DNA of 32,000 bases from Propionibacteriaceae bacterium (GTDB taxonomy: Bacteria > Actinomycetota > Actinomycetes > Propionibacteriales > Propionibacteriaceae): positions 90,001-122,000 of the forward strand of contig JAIRQE010000021.1 of assembly GCA_031256725.1 (NCBI GenBank), in the 5' to 3' direction. Shown here one piece after another: positions 14,977-26,002 of the stretch; positions within the stretch are counted from its first letter, which is position 1; every line of letters begins with the position of its first letter. A program made the position numbers and the translations under genes. The notes under the pieces were generated by a model. The model had not been told where the DNA came from and did not search any database. It saw only the letters and a list, made by a program, of their open reading frames with translations.

Positions 14977-16496
14977 TGTCACCACGTGATGAACTCGACC
15001 CAGTCGAAGGTACGGAAGAAACTGTAGATATTTCAGTTGCCGAGGATTCTGAACTCTCGTCACCCTGCGCGGAGTCACAGGGTCCAGAGGACGCGGAAGT
15101 CGTGGATGGTGTGTCGGATGATTACGCTGAGGATGACACGGGGGAAGTTGCGCAGGATGACGACAAGGGCGCCGTGGTATTTGAGGAAGAACTGACCGAC
15201 AAGCCCGAACCCACCGAGTACCTCATCATAGGTGGTGACTTTGATGACGTGGTGGCTGCCCAGCAAAACCGCTCCGATGAGGTCATCGTCATCAACATGG
15301 GTCCCCAGCATCCATCAACTCACGGGGTACTTCGCCTCGAAGTCGAACTGGATGGTGAATCGGTCCTGTCAATCCGCCCAGGAATTGGGTTCCTCCATTC
15401 CGGGATCGAAAAGTCGATGGAATACCGTACATGGGCTCAAGGTGTGACCTACATCACGCGTATGGACTATGTGGCTCCGATCTTCAATGAGGTTGTGTAC
15501 TGCCTCGCTGTCGAGAAACTCCTTGGAATCGACGTTCCTGAACGCGCCAATGTCTTGCGTGTGCTCACTATGGAACTGGGTCGTATCGCCAACCATCTTG
15601 TTGCCGTGGGCACTGGTGGTATGGAGATCGGCGCACTCACGGTGATGACCATTGGTTTCCGTGAACGTGAGATGATCCTTGACTTCTTTGAGGCCCTGTG
15701 CGGAACGAGGATGAACCACGCGTACATCCGTCCAGGCGGGGTCTCTATCGATCTGCCTGATAATGGCCTTGCTCGTCTTCGTACAGTCATCGAATGGTTC
15801 CACAAGCATCTTCCCGAGTACGCAGGTTTCTGCAATGAGAATCCCATCTTCCATGCTCGTATGCGTGATGTGGCCACCATGTCCTTCCCACAGGCGATGG
15901 CGATGGGTGTCACCGGTCCACCGTTGAGGGCAACTGGCTACCCTTGGGATCTTCGCAAGAAACAGCCGTACTGCGGCTATGAAACCTATGACTTTGATGT
16001 GATCACCTGGGATACCTGTGATGCCTATGGGCGTTTCAGGGTGAGGCTCTCCGAGATGTGGGAGTCCCTGAAGATCGTTGAGCAGTGTTACAAGCGTCTT
16101 GAGGAAACAGCCGGTCAGCCGATCATGAGTACTGATCCGAAGATCGGGATGCCAGGGGATCTGAGCCTCGGCCCCGATGGTCAGGGTAACTCATTCACCC
16201 ATGTGAAGAAGGTGATGGGCCAGTCGATGGAGTCCCTGATTCACCACTTCAAACTCGTCACCGAAGGATTCAAAGTACCCCCAGGTCAGGTCTATGCAAC
16301 CATTGAGTCGCCCAAGGGCGAGTTGGGTTGCCATATCGTTTCCGATGGCGGGGCACGACCCTTCCGTGTTCATATGCGTGACCCTGGGTTCCACCATCTC
16401 CAATCTGTACCCCTGTTATGTGAAGGCGGAATGATGTCTGACATTGTTGTGGCGGTCGCGAGTCTCGACCCAGTCTTGGGAGGGGTGGATCGATGA
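14976..16496 (+). CDS. nuoD: NADH-quinone oxidoreductase subunit D (with acidic N-terminal extension)
   Basis: [26 protein letters not shown] and the C-terminus [16 protein letters not shown] are present. The start overlaps the nuoC stop (TAATG). An in-frame alternative GTG at 15174 would remove the acidic 66-aa extension. Confidence 0.95.
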   Translation: MSPRDELDPVEGTEETVDISVAEDSELSSPCAESQGPEDAEVVDGVSDDYAEDDTGEVAQDDDKGAVVFEEELTDKPEPTEYLIIGGDFDDVVAAQQNRSDEVIVINMGPQHPSTHGVLRLEVELDGESVLSIRPGIGFLHSGIEKSMEYRTWAQGVTYITRMDYVAPIFNEVVYCLAVEKLLGIDVPERANVLRVLTMELGRIANHLVAVGTGGMEIGALTVMTIGFREREMILDFFEALCGTRMNHAYIRPGGVSIDLPDNGLARLRTVIEWFHKHLPEYAGFCNENPIFHARMRDVATMSFPQAMAMGVTGPPLRATGYPWDLRKKQPYCGYETYDFDVITWDTCDAYGRFRVRLSEMWESLKIVEQCYKRLEETAGQPIMSTDPKIGMPGDLSLGPDGQGNSFTHVKKVMGQSMESLIHHFKLVTEGFKVPPGQVYATIESPKGELGCHIVSDGGARPFRVHMRDPGFHHLQSVPLLCEGGMMSDIVVAVASLDPVLGGVDR

Positions 16497-17218
16497 GCGG
16501 ACACGACGACTACACCCACACTGGATCTGTTGATATGACTGATAACTCAACTAGGATCGATCAGGAAGCCATCGACCAGTTGACTGCCTTGGTGGGGAAG
16601 TACCCCCAGAAAAGGTCAGCATTGTTGCCGATGCTTCACTATGTTCAAGCCATCGACGGACGAGTCTCCCCACGAGGGATTGAGGTTTGCGCCGAGATCC
16701 TCGACATCACCCCAGCCCAGGTTGCCGGGGTGGCAACTTTTTACACGATGTACAAACGTCGCCCCGCTGGCAAACATCACATTGGTGTATGTACGACCGC
16801 CCTATGTGCAGTCATGGGTGGTGACGCTCTCCTAGAAACAGTGGAACGCAAGCTTGGTATCACCACAGAGCAGACTACCGAAGATGGCATGTTCTCCCTA
16901 GAAAAAGTGGAATGCAATGCCGCCTGCGACTTCGCGCCCGTCATGATGGTCAACTGGGAGTTCATGGACAATATGACCCCCGAAAAAGCAGAACAACTTC
17001 TCGATGATCTCGCCGAAGGTCGGGAGGTACATTCCACACGAGGCCCCCAGATCACCAGTTGGGCAGACTCCGAAAAGGTACTCGCCGGAATCAATGATGG
17101 TAAAGCCGATGAGGGTCCCTCCGCTGGTACTCCCTCTTTAGAAGGGGTACGCCTAGCCGCAGAGAAGGGCTGGACCGGCACCCCGGATGCTGAATCCCAG
17201 AAGGGGGGTGATTCATGA
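16493..17218 (+). CDS. nuoE: NADH-quinone oxidoreductase subunit E
   Basis: Thioredoxin-like 2Fe-2S subunit with cysteines in [14 protein letters not shown] and [20 protein letters not shown] overlap with nuoD. Confidence 0.95.
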   Translation: MSGHDDYTHTGSVDMTDNSTRIDQEAIDQLTALVGKYPQKRSALLPMLHYVQAIDGRVSPRGIEVCAEILDITPAQVAGVATFYTMYKRRPAGKHHIGVCTTALCAVMGGDALLETVERKLGITTEQTTEDGMFSLEKVECNAACDFAPVMMVNWEFMDNMTPEKAEQLLDDLAEGREVHSTRGPQITSWADSEKVLAGINDGKADEGPSAGTPSLEGVRLAAEKGWTGTPDAESQKGGDS

Positions 17219-18534
17219 CCGCCACCCTAGCCCCCGTCCTCACACGGAATTGGGGAACGGACCGTTCCTGGACCTTGGAAGAGTACAAGGCCCAAGGCGG
17301 ATACGAGGCACTATCGAAAGCCTTTGCGATGAAACCGGAAGAGGTGATCAGCGAGGTCAAGGATTCCGGTCTTCGTGGTCGAGGTGGTGCAGGCTTCCCG
17401 ACCGGCATGAAGTGGAGTTTCGTACCCCAAGATAACCCGAAACCGAAGTACCTTGTGGTCAACGGTGACGAGTCTGAACCGGGTACTTGTAAAGACATCC
17501 CATTGTTGATGGCGAGTCCCCACACCCTGATTGAAGGGGTGATCATCTCGGCTTACGCGATCAACGCACACACGGCTTTCATCTATGTCCGTGGCGAGGT
17601 CGTCCATCCGATCCGCCGGATGCAAAGAGCTATCGAAGAGGCCTATGAGGCCGGACTTCTAGGAAAGAACATCCTTGGATCAGGTTTCGACCTTGATGTC
17701 ATCGTCCACGCTGGAGCTGGTGCGTACATCTGTGGTGAAGAAACCGCCTTGTTGAACTCCTTGGAGGGTTTGCGTGGCCAACCACGGTTGCGTCCACCAT
17801 TCCCCGCTGTCGCTGGTCTCTACCAGTCACCCACTGTGGTCAACAACGTCGAATCGATTGCCTCTGTACCCTCGATCATCAAGTACGGAAAAGACTGGTT
17901 TGCTGGGATGGGTACAGAGAAATCCCAGGGTTTCACCATCTACTCCCTCTCAGGTCATGTGAGGCGCCCTGGGCAGTACGAAGCCCCCTTCGGGATTACG
18001 ATGAGGCAATTGCTGACTATGGCGGGTGGGATACGCACGGGTCACGAACTCAAGTTCTTCACCCCAGGCGGGTCCTCAACACCGATCCTCACTGCTGACC
18101 ATCTCGACACAGTCATGGATTTCGAGTCCCTGGCTGGGCTCGGAACCATGTTGGGCACGAAAGCCATGCAGGTCTTCGATGACACCACATCGGTGATTCG
18201 GACAACACTGAGATGGGTTGAGTTCTATAAGCACGAATCCTGCGGGAAATGTACACCCTGTCGTGAAGGTACATGGTGGCTCGTGCAACTCCTGACCAAA
18301 CTCGAAGCGGGCCAAGGCGAAGAAGGGGATGTGGATAAGCTTCTCAATGTTGCAGACACTATCACCGGCAAGAGCTTCTGCCCGCTTGTTGAGGGAGCCG
18401 TAGCCTGTGTGACAAGTGCGGTCAAATACTTCCGTGAAGAGTTCGAGATCGGGTACACCACCCCGGCCTGGGAACACCTCCCCTATGAGAAGAGCGCCTT
18501 GTTTACCATCGCTGACAAGGAGGTACGTTCATGA
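17215..18534 (+). CDS. nuoF: NADH-quinone oxidoreductase subunit F
   Basis: GLRGRGGAGFPTGMKW (FMN/NADH site) and ESCGKCTPCREG (N3 cluster) are present. ATGA overlap with nuoE. Confidence 0.97.
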   Translation: MTATLAPVLTRNWGTDRSWTLEEYKAQGGYEALSKAFAMKPEEVISEVKDSGLRGRGGAGFPTGMKWSFVPQDNPKPKYLVVNGDESEPGTCKDIPLLMASPHTLIEGVIISAYAINAHTAFIYVRGEVVHPIRRMQRAIEEAYEAGLLGKNILGSGFDLDVIVHAGAGAYICGEETALLNSLEGLRGQPRLRPPFPAVAGLYQSPTVVNNVESIASVPSIIKYGKDWFAGMGTEKSQGFTIYSLSGHVRRPGQYEAPFGITMRQLLTMAGGIRTGHELKFFTPGGSSTPILTADHLDTVMDFESLAGLGTMLGTKAMQVFDDTTSVIRTTLRWVEFYKHESCGKCTPCREGTWWLVQLLTKLEAGQGEEGDVDKLLNVADTITGKSFCPLVEGAVACVTSAVKYFREEFEIGYTTPAWEHLPYEKSALFTIADKEVRS

Positions 18535-20921
18535 CCGAGACTGTACCCATGGCGGAAATGGTTACCGTTACCATTGATGGCACCATGGTTCAAGTACCGA
18601 AAGGTACACTCGCCATCCGTGCCGCCGAAGCCGCAGGGATCGCCATCCCACGCTTCTGCGACCATCCGCTGCTTGATCCCGCAGGCGCATGTCGCCAGTG
18701 CATGATCGAGATCGTGGACTTCGGTAACGGTCGAGGATTCCCACGACCACAACCCGCATGTACCACCGAAACAGCAGAAGGCATGGTACTCAACACCCAA
18801 GAAACCTCGAATGCGGCCGCCAAGGCCCAAGCTGATATCTTGGAACTATTGCTTATCAACCATCCCCTGGATTGCCCAGTGTGTGACAAGGGTGGCGAAT
18901 GCCCCCTCCAGAATCAGGCTATGGCACAGGGTCGATGTGAGACCCGATTCGAGGGTACGAAGCGTCATTTCCCGAAGCCGATCCCCTTGTCGGAGTTGCT
19001 TCTTCTGGATCGTGAACGTTGCGTGATGTGTACCAGGTGTACCCGTTTCGCTGATCAGATCTCTGGTGATCCGATGATCTCCCTTGTGGAGCGTGGAGCT
19101 AAGCAGCAGGTTGGGATCTATCCCGAGGAACCCTATGACTCCTATTTCTCAGGCAATGCCGTTCAGATCTGCCCAGTAGGTGCCCTCACGTCGAGTGACT
19201 ATCGGTTCTCGGCTCGCCCCTTCGATCTGGTTTCCACGGTCTCCACCTGTGAGAACTGTGCAGCCGGATGTGAGATCCGCGTCGATGCACGACGTGGTGA
19301 AGTCAAAAGGCGCAACGCTGGAGAAAACCCGGAAGTCAACGAAGAGTGGACCTGTGACCGTGGTCGATTCGGCTTCGTCTCCAACCGTGGCGAGGATCGC
19401 ATCACAAAGCCCATGATCCGCAAGGGCAAGAAATGGGAGCCGATCTCTTGGCCGGAAGCCCTCTCCATCGCAGTGAAGGCCCTCAGGAAAGCCAACGACA
19501 GAGTTGGTGTCCTCACTTCAGGACGCTTGACATTGGAGACCGCATACACATATTCCAAGTTCGCGCGTACCGTACTCAAGACGAACTCAATCGACTTCAG
19601 GGCACGACCGTCAAGCAGTGAGGAAGCAGACTTCCTTGCCACCCAGGTTGCGGGACGCAAGGACTCGATTACCTATGCCGATTTGGAGAAGGCAAAGAAG
19701 GTCATCCTGGTGGCCTTCGAGCCTGAGGATGAATCCCCGATGGTCTTCCTGCGCTTGCGCAAGGCGGTACGCAAGAAGGGGCTCCAGGTTGAAACCCTGG
19801 CGCCATTCATGTCGAGGGGATCACAGAAGTTGGGTGCCACGCTGACATTGACTGCGCCCAGTGAACTACCGAAGGCCATTGAGGCATCTGAGGCTGATGC
19901 TGACACAATCATCCTCGTTGGTGAGGTCCTTGCACAGATCCCTGGTGGGCTGACCGCGGTCGTCGACAAGGTGGAAGCCAGTTCAGCCAAGATGGTGTGG
20001 ATTCCCCGCCGTGCGGGAGAGATTGGGGCCATCGAAGCAGGATGCTTGCCTGGACTCCTTCCTGGTGGACACCCGGTTTCGGATACAACCGCAGTCAAGG
20101 ATCTTGAAGCCCTCTGGGGCACAGAACTTCCAACCACCCAAGGTTTGGATGCTTCCGAGCTCCTCAAGAAGGCAGCACAAGGAGACCTCAAAGTACTGAT
20201 CACCGCAGGTATTGAAGCAGGTGACTTCCGGGATTCCCAGGAGGTCATTGACGCTCTCGAAAACACCTTCGTCATCAGCTTTGAATCACGGATGAGCGAT
20301 GTCACGAAGTACGCGAAGGTCGTCTTCCCGGTAGCTCTTCTCGAAGAAACCGAGGGTACATTCCTCAACTGGGAGTACCGCGCAGGGATAGTACGTCAAG
20401 CCATCAATCAGCAACGCACCCCCCTTACGGAGATCAGAATCCTTGCTGCCCTAGCCGAGGCCTTAGGCTCAAACCTGGGGTTCCGTACCCCAATGGGAGC
20501 CGCAGATTCTCTCGCCGAAATTCCCATCTGGGGTGGAGCGAAACCCACGCCAGACAAGGTCAAAGCCACTGAGGTACCCACACTCGACAAGGGCCAACTC
20601 GTGGTTTCCACCTGGCGTGAACTTCTCGACGACTCCCGATGCTTGGATGGTGCCGACTCCCTGAGAGCGACATCGCGCCCCATAGCAGCCAAGGTTTCTG
20701 TTGGTACTGCCAAGGATGCGGGTCTAGAGGATGCCACTACAGTACGCATAGCCAGCGAGAAGGGCTCACTGATTCTTCCACTGGTGCTTGATCCAACCAT
20801 GGTCGATGGTGTCATCTGGGTGCCGACTCGAGCCAAGGGTCATGCACTGAGTTCAATCGGAGTTGGCCTGGGATCCACTGTCGCCGTGGATTCACCTGAC
20901 TCGAAAGAAGGTGAAAAATGA
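18531..20921 (+). CDS. nuoG: NADH-quinone oxidoreductase subunit G
   Basis: N-terminal Fe-S motifs FCDHPLLDPAGACRQCMIEI, HPLDCPVCDKGGECPLQ and CVMCTRCTRF are followed by a molybdopterin-oxidoreductase-like domain. 796 aa. Confidence 0.96.
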   Translation: MTETVPMAEMVTVTIDGTMVQVPKGTLAIRAAEAAGIAIPRFCDHPLLDPAGACRQCMIEIVDFGNGRGFPRPQPACTTETAEGMVLNTQETSNAAAKAQADILELLLINHPLDCPVCDKGGECPLQNQAMAQGRCETRFEGTKRHFPKPIPLSELLLLDRERCVMCTRCTRFADQISGDPMISLVERGAKQQVGIYPEEPYDSYFSGNAVQICPVGALTSSDYRFSARPFDLVSTVSTCENCAAGCEIRVDARRGEVKRRNAGENPEVNEEWTCDRGRFGFVSNRGEDRITKPMIRKGKKWEPISWPEALSIAVKALRKANDRVGVLTSGRLTLETAYTYSKFARTVLKTNSIDFRARPSSSEEADFLATQVAGRKDSITYADLEKAKKVILVAFEPEDESPMVFLRLRKAVRKKGLQVETLAPFMSRGSQKLGATLTLTAPSELPKAIEASEADADTIILVGEVLAQIPGGLTAVVDKVEASSAKMVWIPRRAGEIGAIEAGCLPGLLPGGHPVSDTTAVKDLEALWGTELPTTQGLDASELLKKAAQGDLKVLITAGIEAGDFRDSQEVIDALENTFVISFESRMSDVTKYAKVVFPVALLEETEGTFLNWEYRAGIVRQAINQQRTPLTEIRILAALAEALGSNLGFRTPMGAADSLAEIPIWGGAKPTPDKVKATEVPTLDKGQLVVSTWRELLDDSRCLDGADSLRATSRPIAAKVSVGTAKDAGLEDATTVRIASEKGSLILPLVLDPTMVDGVIWVPTRAKGHALSSIGVGLGSTVAVDSPDSKEGEK

Positions 20922-22291
20922 CTCCCGTCGTTGAATCGGTTTTCGGAACCGACCCGTGGTGGATCATAACGATCAAAGTCCTGGGAATGTTCGTCTTCCT
21001 GCTCGTCTTCACGATCTTCAATGTGTGGTTCGAGCGACGCGTGGTCGCCAAGATGCAGCAGCGCAAGGGCCCCATCATGAACGGCCCATTGGGTCTCGCT
21101 CAGGCTCTGGCTGATGGTACGAAAGCGCTTCTCAAAGAGGATTTCCGTCCCACGGGTGCTGACAAGGTTATCTTCAACCTCGCCCCCATCTTGACCGGTA
21201 CAGCAGCCTTCACCGCTTGGTCAGTCATGCCTTTAGGTGGCGAGGTCTCCATGTTTGGCGTGACGACCCAACTCCAACTCACCGACCTACCGATGGGTGT
21301 ACTCTTCATCCTCTCCATCGCCTCCGTTGGTATCTATGGCATCGTCCTTGCTGGCTGGGCCTCAACCTCTGAGTATGCGCTTGTTGGTTCGATTCGTTCG
21401 ACTGCTCAGATGATCTCCTACGAGATCGCCATGGGACTCTCCCTCGTTGCGGTCTTCATGTATGCGGGGTCAATGTCCACATCCGAGATCGTCGGGGTAC
21501 AGGCTCAACCCTGGGGGGTACTTCCCTCCCTAGAGTTCCCGAGTTGGTTCGGGATCCTACTCCTACCAAGCTTCATCATCTATGTGATCTCGATGGTCGC
21601 CGAAACCAACCGTGCCCCCTTCGACCTCGTCGAATGTGAGCAGGAATTGGTCTCCGGATATCTCACCGACTATTCGGGTTTCCGCTACGCGATCTACTTC
21701 CTCGCTGAGTACATCAACATGGCGACAGTTTCCGGCGTGGCGACCACCCTCTTCCTTGGTGGATACAAGGCCCCCTGGCCGATCGCGCCCTGGGTGAGTG
21801 AATACCTCGGCTGGACATGGATCGATACCGGATGGATGGGGCCAGTGTGGTTCCTCGCTAAGGTGATGTGCTTCATGTTCCTCTTCGTCTGGTTGAGGGG
21901 TACGCTGCCTCGACTTCGCTACGACCAGTTCATGCATCTTGGGTGGAAGGTACTCATCCCCATCAACCTCGTATGGATCGTTGCAGTCGCCGTGGCGCGT
22001 GTGGGTGCCAATGAGGGATGGTTCACCCGCCCAGTACTCCTGGGAGCGGCAGGAGTTGTACTCGTGGTCCTGGTGATTATCGCTCTCCTACCTACCAAGA
22101 AGGAGGAGATACGCTCGGAGGTTTCCCGGGTACCAGCCGTCGAAGATGGGGTCTACGATCCCTTTGAGTACGGCTATCCTGTACCACCGATGCCAGGACA
22201 GGTACTCCCCGAGGATGCTGATGTGCTGGTTGGACCCGATGGGGAGGTCGTTGATTCCGACCTCATCGTGGATCAAGACAAGGAGGTGTGA
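20918..22291 (+). CDS. nuoH: NADH-quinone oxidoreductase subunit H
   Basis: [15 protein letters not shown] and [21 protein letters not shown] are present. It is polytopic, with a roughly 60-aa hydrophilic acidic C-terminal tail. Confidence 0.96.
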   Translation: MTPVVESVFGTDPWWIITIKVLGMFVFLLVFTIFNVWFERRVVAKMQQRKGPIMNGPLGLAQALADGTKALLKEDFRPTGADKVIFNLAPILTGTAAFTAWSVMPLGGEVSMFGVTTQLQLTDLPMGVLFILSIASVGIYGIVLAGWASTSEYALVGSIRSTAQMISYEIAMGLSLVAVFMYAGSMSTSEIVGVQAQPWGVLPSLEFPSWFGILLLPSFIIYVISMVAETNRAPFDLVECEQELVSGYLTDYSGFRYAIYFLAEYINMATVSGVATTLFLGGYKAPWPIAPWVSEYLGWTWIDTGWMGPVWFLAKVMCFMFLFVWLRGTLPRLRYDQFMHLGWKVLIPINLVWIVAVAVARVGANEGWFTRPVLLGAAGVVLVVLVIIALLPTKKEEIRSEVSRVPAVEDGVYDPFEYGYPVPPMPGQVLPEDADVLVGPDGEVVDSDLIVDQDKEV

Positions 22292-22293
22292 TC

Positions 22294-22860
22294 ATGGGAT
22301 TCATGGACCCGTGGAAGGGATTCGCCATCACCTTCGCCACCATGTTCCGGAAGTCCTTCACCCAGGGGTATCCCCAAAAGGGTAAGGAGAAGGTCACTGA
22401 GGCCCGATTCCATGGCCGTCACCAACTCAACCGTTGGCCCGATGGTCTGGAGAAGTGCGTGGGCTGTGAACTGTGCGCTTGGGCCTGTCCGGCTGATGCC
22501 ATCTATGTTGAGGCTGCGGGCAACACCGATGAGGAACGCTATTCCCCAGGTGAGAGGTACGGGAAGGTCTACCAGATCAACTATCTTCGCTGCATCTTCT
22601 GTGGAATGTGTATTGAAGCCTGTCCGACTAGAGCCTTGACGATGACAAACGAGTTCAAGCTTGCAGACAGGTCACGCGGCAAGCTGATTTACACCAAGGA
22701 GGAACTCCTAGCACCCCTGCTTGAGGGGATGGAGGAACCACCTCACAGTCGTATTCTCGCCGAAGATGAGAAGGAATACTTCCTGGGTCTTCCAGATTCT
22801 GGCGCTGATAACCGGGTACCAGCACGATCCGCTGCAACCCAGAAGGGGGATCAATCATGA
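22294..22860 (+). CDS. nuoI: NADH-quinone oxidoreductase subunit I
   Basis: Two 4Fe-4S motifs, [12 protein letters not shown] and [19 protein letters not shown] (22280-22286) lies 7 nt before ATG 22294. The GTG 22288 in the track is only 1 nt from the SD; it stays a possible start and forms a GTGA overlap with nuoH. Confidence 0.95.
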   Translation: MGFMDPWKGFAITFATMFRKSFTQGYPQKGKEKVTEARFHGRHQLNRWPDGLEKCVGCELCAWACPADAIYVEAAGNTDEERYSPGERYGKVYQINYLRCIFCGMCIEACPTRALTMTNEFKLADRSRGKLIYTKEELLAPLLEGMEEPPHSRILAEDEKEYFLGLPDSGADNRVPARSAATQKGDQS

Positions 22861-23789
22861 TGGTACCCATGGTCACCGGTACGGAGGTCGTCTTCTGGAT
22901 CTGTGCCGTGCTCGCAATACTCGGAGCAGTCGGACTGATCACCTTCTCGAAACCTGTGTATTCCGCCCTATGCCTCGCGCTCGTCATGGTCAGTTTGGCT
23001 GTGATCTATGCCAGCCTCGGAGCCCCCTTCCTCATGGCAGTACAGATCATCGTTTATACCGGCGCAATCCTGATGCTCTTCCTCTTCGTGATCATGCTCG
23101 TCGGTGTAGACACCCACGACTCTTTCACTGAAACCTTGAAGGGACACAGAGTCGCTGCGGGCCTAGCCGGTGTTGGGGTACTCACCCTACTCACCCTGGC
23201 TGTCACCCAAGTCGTCTTGGGTTCGCCCGCCGGTCTGGATGCTGCCAATGCTGGAGGAAACGTTGAGGGCCTAGCCTCCCTCATCTTCTCCCGCTACGTC
23301 ATAGCCTTTGAATGTACAGCAGCCCTACTCATCACCGCTGCAGTAGCCGCCATGGTGCTCGCCTACCCCGAGAAGGTTAAGAAGAAGATCGGCCAAGTCG
23401 AAAGAGCCGCCCAACGTCTGGAAGCTTTCACAAAGTCCGGGCAACACCCGGGACCCAAGCCATCCTCCGGTGTCTTCGCGCGCCACAATTCGATCGCCAC
23501 CCCAGCCCTGCTCCCCGATGGAACGGTAGCCGAGGAATCCGTCTCCAGGATCCTAGCCGACCGAGTAGCCATAGCATCCGCCGAAGACCTCTGGGCTCCC
23601 CACGACGAGATCCTAGCCGCCATAGAATCCGAAGAAGATGACATCTTTGAGTTAGAGGAAGCCAAAGAAGAAACCGAAGCCGAGGTTTCCGAAGGGGTCC
23701 CAACGAGACAGGACACCCCCATAAACGAAGATGATCAAGACAAAGATGATTCAAAAGATCAAGACAAAGAGGAGAAAGACAATGACTAG
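22857..23789 (+). CDS. nuoJ: NADH-quinone oxidoreductase subunit J (long C-terminal extension)
   Basis: Five TM helices (…[22 protein letters not shown]…) at the position between nuoI and nuoK. ATGA overlap with nuoI. The tail ends [20 protein letters not shown]. Confidence 0.92.
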   Translation: MMVPMVTGTEVVFWICAVLAILGAVGLITFSKPVYSALCLALVMVSLAVIYASLGAPFLMAVQIIVYTGAILMLFLFVIMLVGVDTHDSFTETLKGHRVAAGLAGVGVLTLLTLAVTQVVLGSPAGLDAANAGGNVEGLASLIFSRYVIAFECTAALLITAAVAAMVLAYPEKVKKKIGQVERAAQRLEAFTKSGQHPGPKPSSGVFARHNSIATPALLPDGTVAEESVSRILADRVAIASAEDLWAPHDEILAAIESEEDDIFELEEAKEETEAEVSEGVPTRQDTPINEDDQDKDDSKDQDKEEKDND

Positions 23790-24078
23790 TTTGTACCTAA
23801 TCCTCGCAGTAATCCTGTTCTCAATAGGTTTGATAGGATTCCTGATTCGCCGTAATGCCTTGGTCGTCTTCATGTGCGTGGAACTCATGCTGAATGCATG
23901 CAACCTGCTCTTTGTTGCGTTTAGCAACCACCACGGGATCCTAGATGGACAGATGGCAGCCTTCTTCGTGATGGTCGTGGCTGCGGCTGAGGTCGTGATC
24001 GGCCTTTCGATCATCGTGATGATCACCCGTACTCGTCGCTCGACTTCGGTTGATGCTGGGACCGTACTGAAGGGCTGA
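23782..24078 (+). CDS. nuoK: NADH-quinone oxidoreductase subunit K
   Basis: 98 aa: [47 protein letters not shown]...[21 protein letters not shown] lies 6 nt before ATG 23782, which overlaps the nuoJ stop by 8 nt. The track start at 23731 is a lysine-rich out-of-frame read of the nuoJ tail. Confidence 0.94.
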   Translation: MTSLYLILAVILFSIGLIGFLIRRNALVVFMCVELMLNACNLLFVAFSNHHGILDGQMAAFFVMVVAAAEVVIGLSIIVMITRTRRSTSVDAGTVLKG

Positions 24079-25994
24079 TGACTATGTTGCTTGAAATCCT
24101 CTCACCTGTCGCGGCCCAAGGCCTCATGCAATGGGCGTGGCTGTTGATCGCAATCCCAGGAGGCATGGCGGCACTGCTGCTCATTGCGGGCAAGGTCACC
24201 AACCGCTTCGGCCACTGGCTCGCTACGGCGGCACCCATCGCCTCCTTTATTCTGGCGTTGATCTTCTTCATCGACCTGCTATCCAGGAGTGTGGAAGCCC
24301 GTACGGTGAGCGTTCATCTTTATAACTGGATCACAGCGGGAGCCTGGGAGATCAATGTGGGGATTCTCCTTGATCCCTTGTCGATTGTTTTCGTTTTGTT
24401 GATCACTGGCGTGGGCTCGCTGATTCACATCTATTCGATTGGGTACATGGCCCACGATCCGAATAGACGTCGATTCTTTGCGTACCTTAACCTCTTCGTC
24501 GCGGCTATGCTCCTGCTTGTTCTCGCCGATAACTACCTCGTGTTGTTCGTCGGATGGGAGGGTGTCGGTCTGGCTTCGTACCTGCTGATCTCCTTCTGGC
24601 AGGAGAAGCCGAGTGCAGCCGCTGCTGGCAAGAAGGCCTTCATTGTGAACCGTGTTGGCGACATGGGCCTGCTCACAGCTTCCTTTACTCTATTGGCGAT
24701 GTTCTCCTCAACCGCCTTTGTCGATGTGAGTACAGGCGCAGACAAGCTCACCACGGGCTGGGCAACCTTCCTCGGGTTCATGCTCTTGCTGGCTGCCTGT
24801 GGGAAATCGGCACAGGTGCCTCTCCAATCCTGGCTCTTGGATGCCATGGAGGGTCCAACCCCGGTCTCGGCTCTGATCCATGCCGCCACAATGGTGACCG
24901 CTGGTGTGTACTTGGTGGTACGCTCCGGTGCGATTTTTGAGCAGACACCTTCCGCCCAGTTGGCTGTAGTCATTGTGGGTACGGTCACACTCTTGGCAGG
25001 TGCATGGATCGGCTGCGCTAAGGATGACATTAAGAAGGTTCTCGCTGGCTCAACGATGTCCCAGATTGGGTACATGATGTTGGCCGCAGGGATCGGACCC
25101 GCTGGGTACGCCTTCGCAATCTTCCACCTACTCACCCATGGATTCTTCAAAGCCAATATGTTCCTTGGTGCTGGATCGGTGATGCATGCGATGGATGACG
25201 ATGTGAATATGCGTCACTATGGGGCACTGAGAAAGCTCCTACCCATCACCTTCATCACCTTCGCCATGGGGTACCTCGCTATCATCGGATTCCCAATGTT
25301 TGCGGGTTTCTATTCCAAGGATCACATCATTGAAGCAGCCTTCCATGCTCAACCAGCCATGGGTGTTCTCGCACTCATTGGCGCAGGAGTGACAGCCTTC
25401 TATATGACCCGATTGATGATGATGACCTTCTTCGGTGAGAAGCGCTGGCGTGAGGGGGTACATCCCCATGAGTCTCCTGTTGTCATGTGGGTGCCACTAG
25501 TGATCTTGGCTATCGGTTCCCTCATTGGCGGTATGGCCCTCAACGGTTGGATTGGTCACTGGCTTGAGCCCATTGGAGCTGAGGTTTCCGGGCACCCATC
25601 CTGGCTACCGCACATCACCACGATCGGCATCATTACCATGGTGGTCGTTGCCCTCGGAGTCGCGCTGGCGTGGTACCTCTTCTCGAAGAAACCTGTACCA
25701 GACGAAGCCCAAGAGAAGGTGTCGATCCTGACCACCGCAGGACGTCAGGATCTGTTCGGTGACACGGTGAACGAGTACCTTATCATCAAGCCCGCGAGTG
25801 CTCTGTCACGGGGGATCGCCTTCATGGATGAGAAGGGGGTGACCCCGGCCGTGGAAGGCTCTGGTCGTTTCGTGCAACTCATTGGGGATAAGGTCCGTCT
25901 TATCCAGAATGGGTACGTCAGAACCTATGGTCTCACCATGGTGGTCGGTGCGGTCCTCATCGGTGTGGCACTCGTTTTAAGTCGATTGGTCTGA
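24078..25994 (+). CDS. nuoL: NADH-quinone oxidoreductase subunit L
   Basis: 638-aa antiporter-like subunit with FVGWEGVGLASYLLISFW, GKSAQVPLQSWL and a long C-terminal lateral-helix region. Confidence 0.96.
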   Translation: MTMLLEILSPVAAQGLMQWAWLLIAIPGGMAALLLIAGKVTNRFGHWLATAAPIASFILALIFFIDLLSRSVEARTVSVHLYNWITAGAWEINVGILLDPLSIVFVLLITGVGSLIHIYSIGYMAHDPNRRRFFAYLNLFVAAMLLLVLADNYLVLFVGWEGVGLASYLLISFWQEKPSAAAAGKKAFIVNRVGDMGLLTASFTLLAMFSSTAFVDVSTGADKLTTGWATFLGFMLLLAACGKSAQVPLQSWLLDAMEGPTPVSALIHAATMVTAGVYLVVRSGAIFEQTPSAQLAVVIVGTVTLLAGAWIGCAKDDIKKVLAGSTMSQIGYMMLAAGIGPAGYAFAIFHLLTHGFFKANMFLGAGSVMHAMDDDVNMRHYGALRKLLPITFITFAMGYLAIIGFPMFAGFYSKDHIIEAAFHAQPAMGVLALIGAGVTAFYMTRLMMMTFFGEKRWREGVHPHESPVVMWVPLVILAIGSLIGGMALNGWIGHWLEPIGAEVSGHPSWLPHITTIGIITMVVVALGVALAWYLFSKKPVPDEAQEKVSILTTAGRQDLFGDTVNEYLIIKPASALSRGIAFMDEKGVTPAVEGSGRFVQLIGDKVRLIQNGYVRTYGLTMVVGAVLIGVALVLSRLV

Positions 25995-26002
25995 GGGGAG
26001 TA

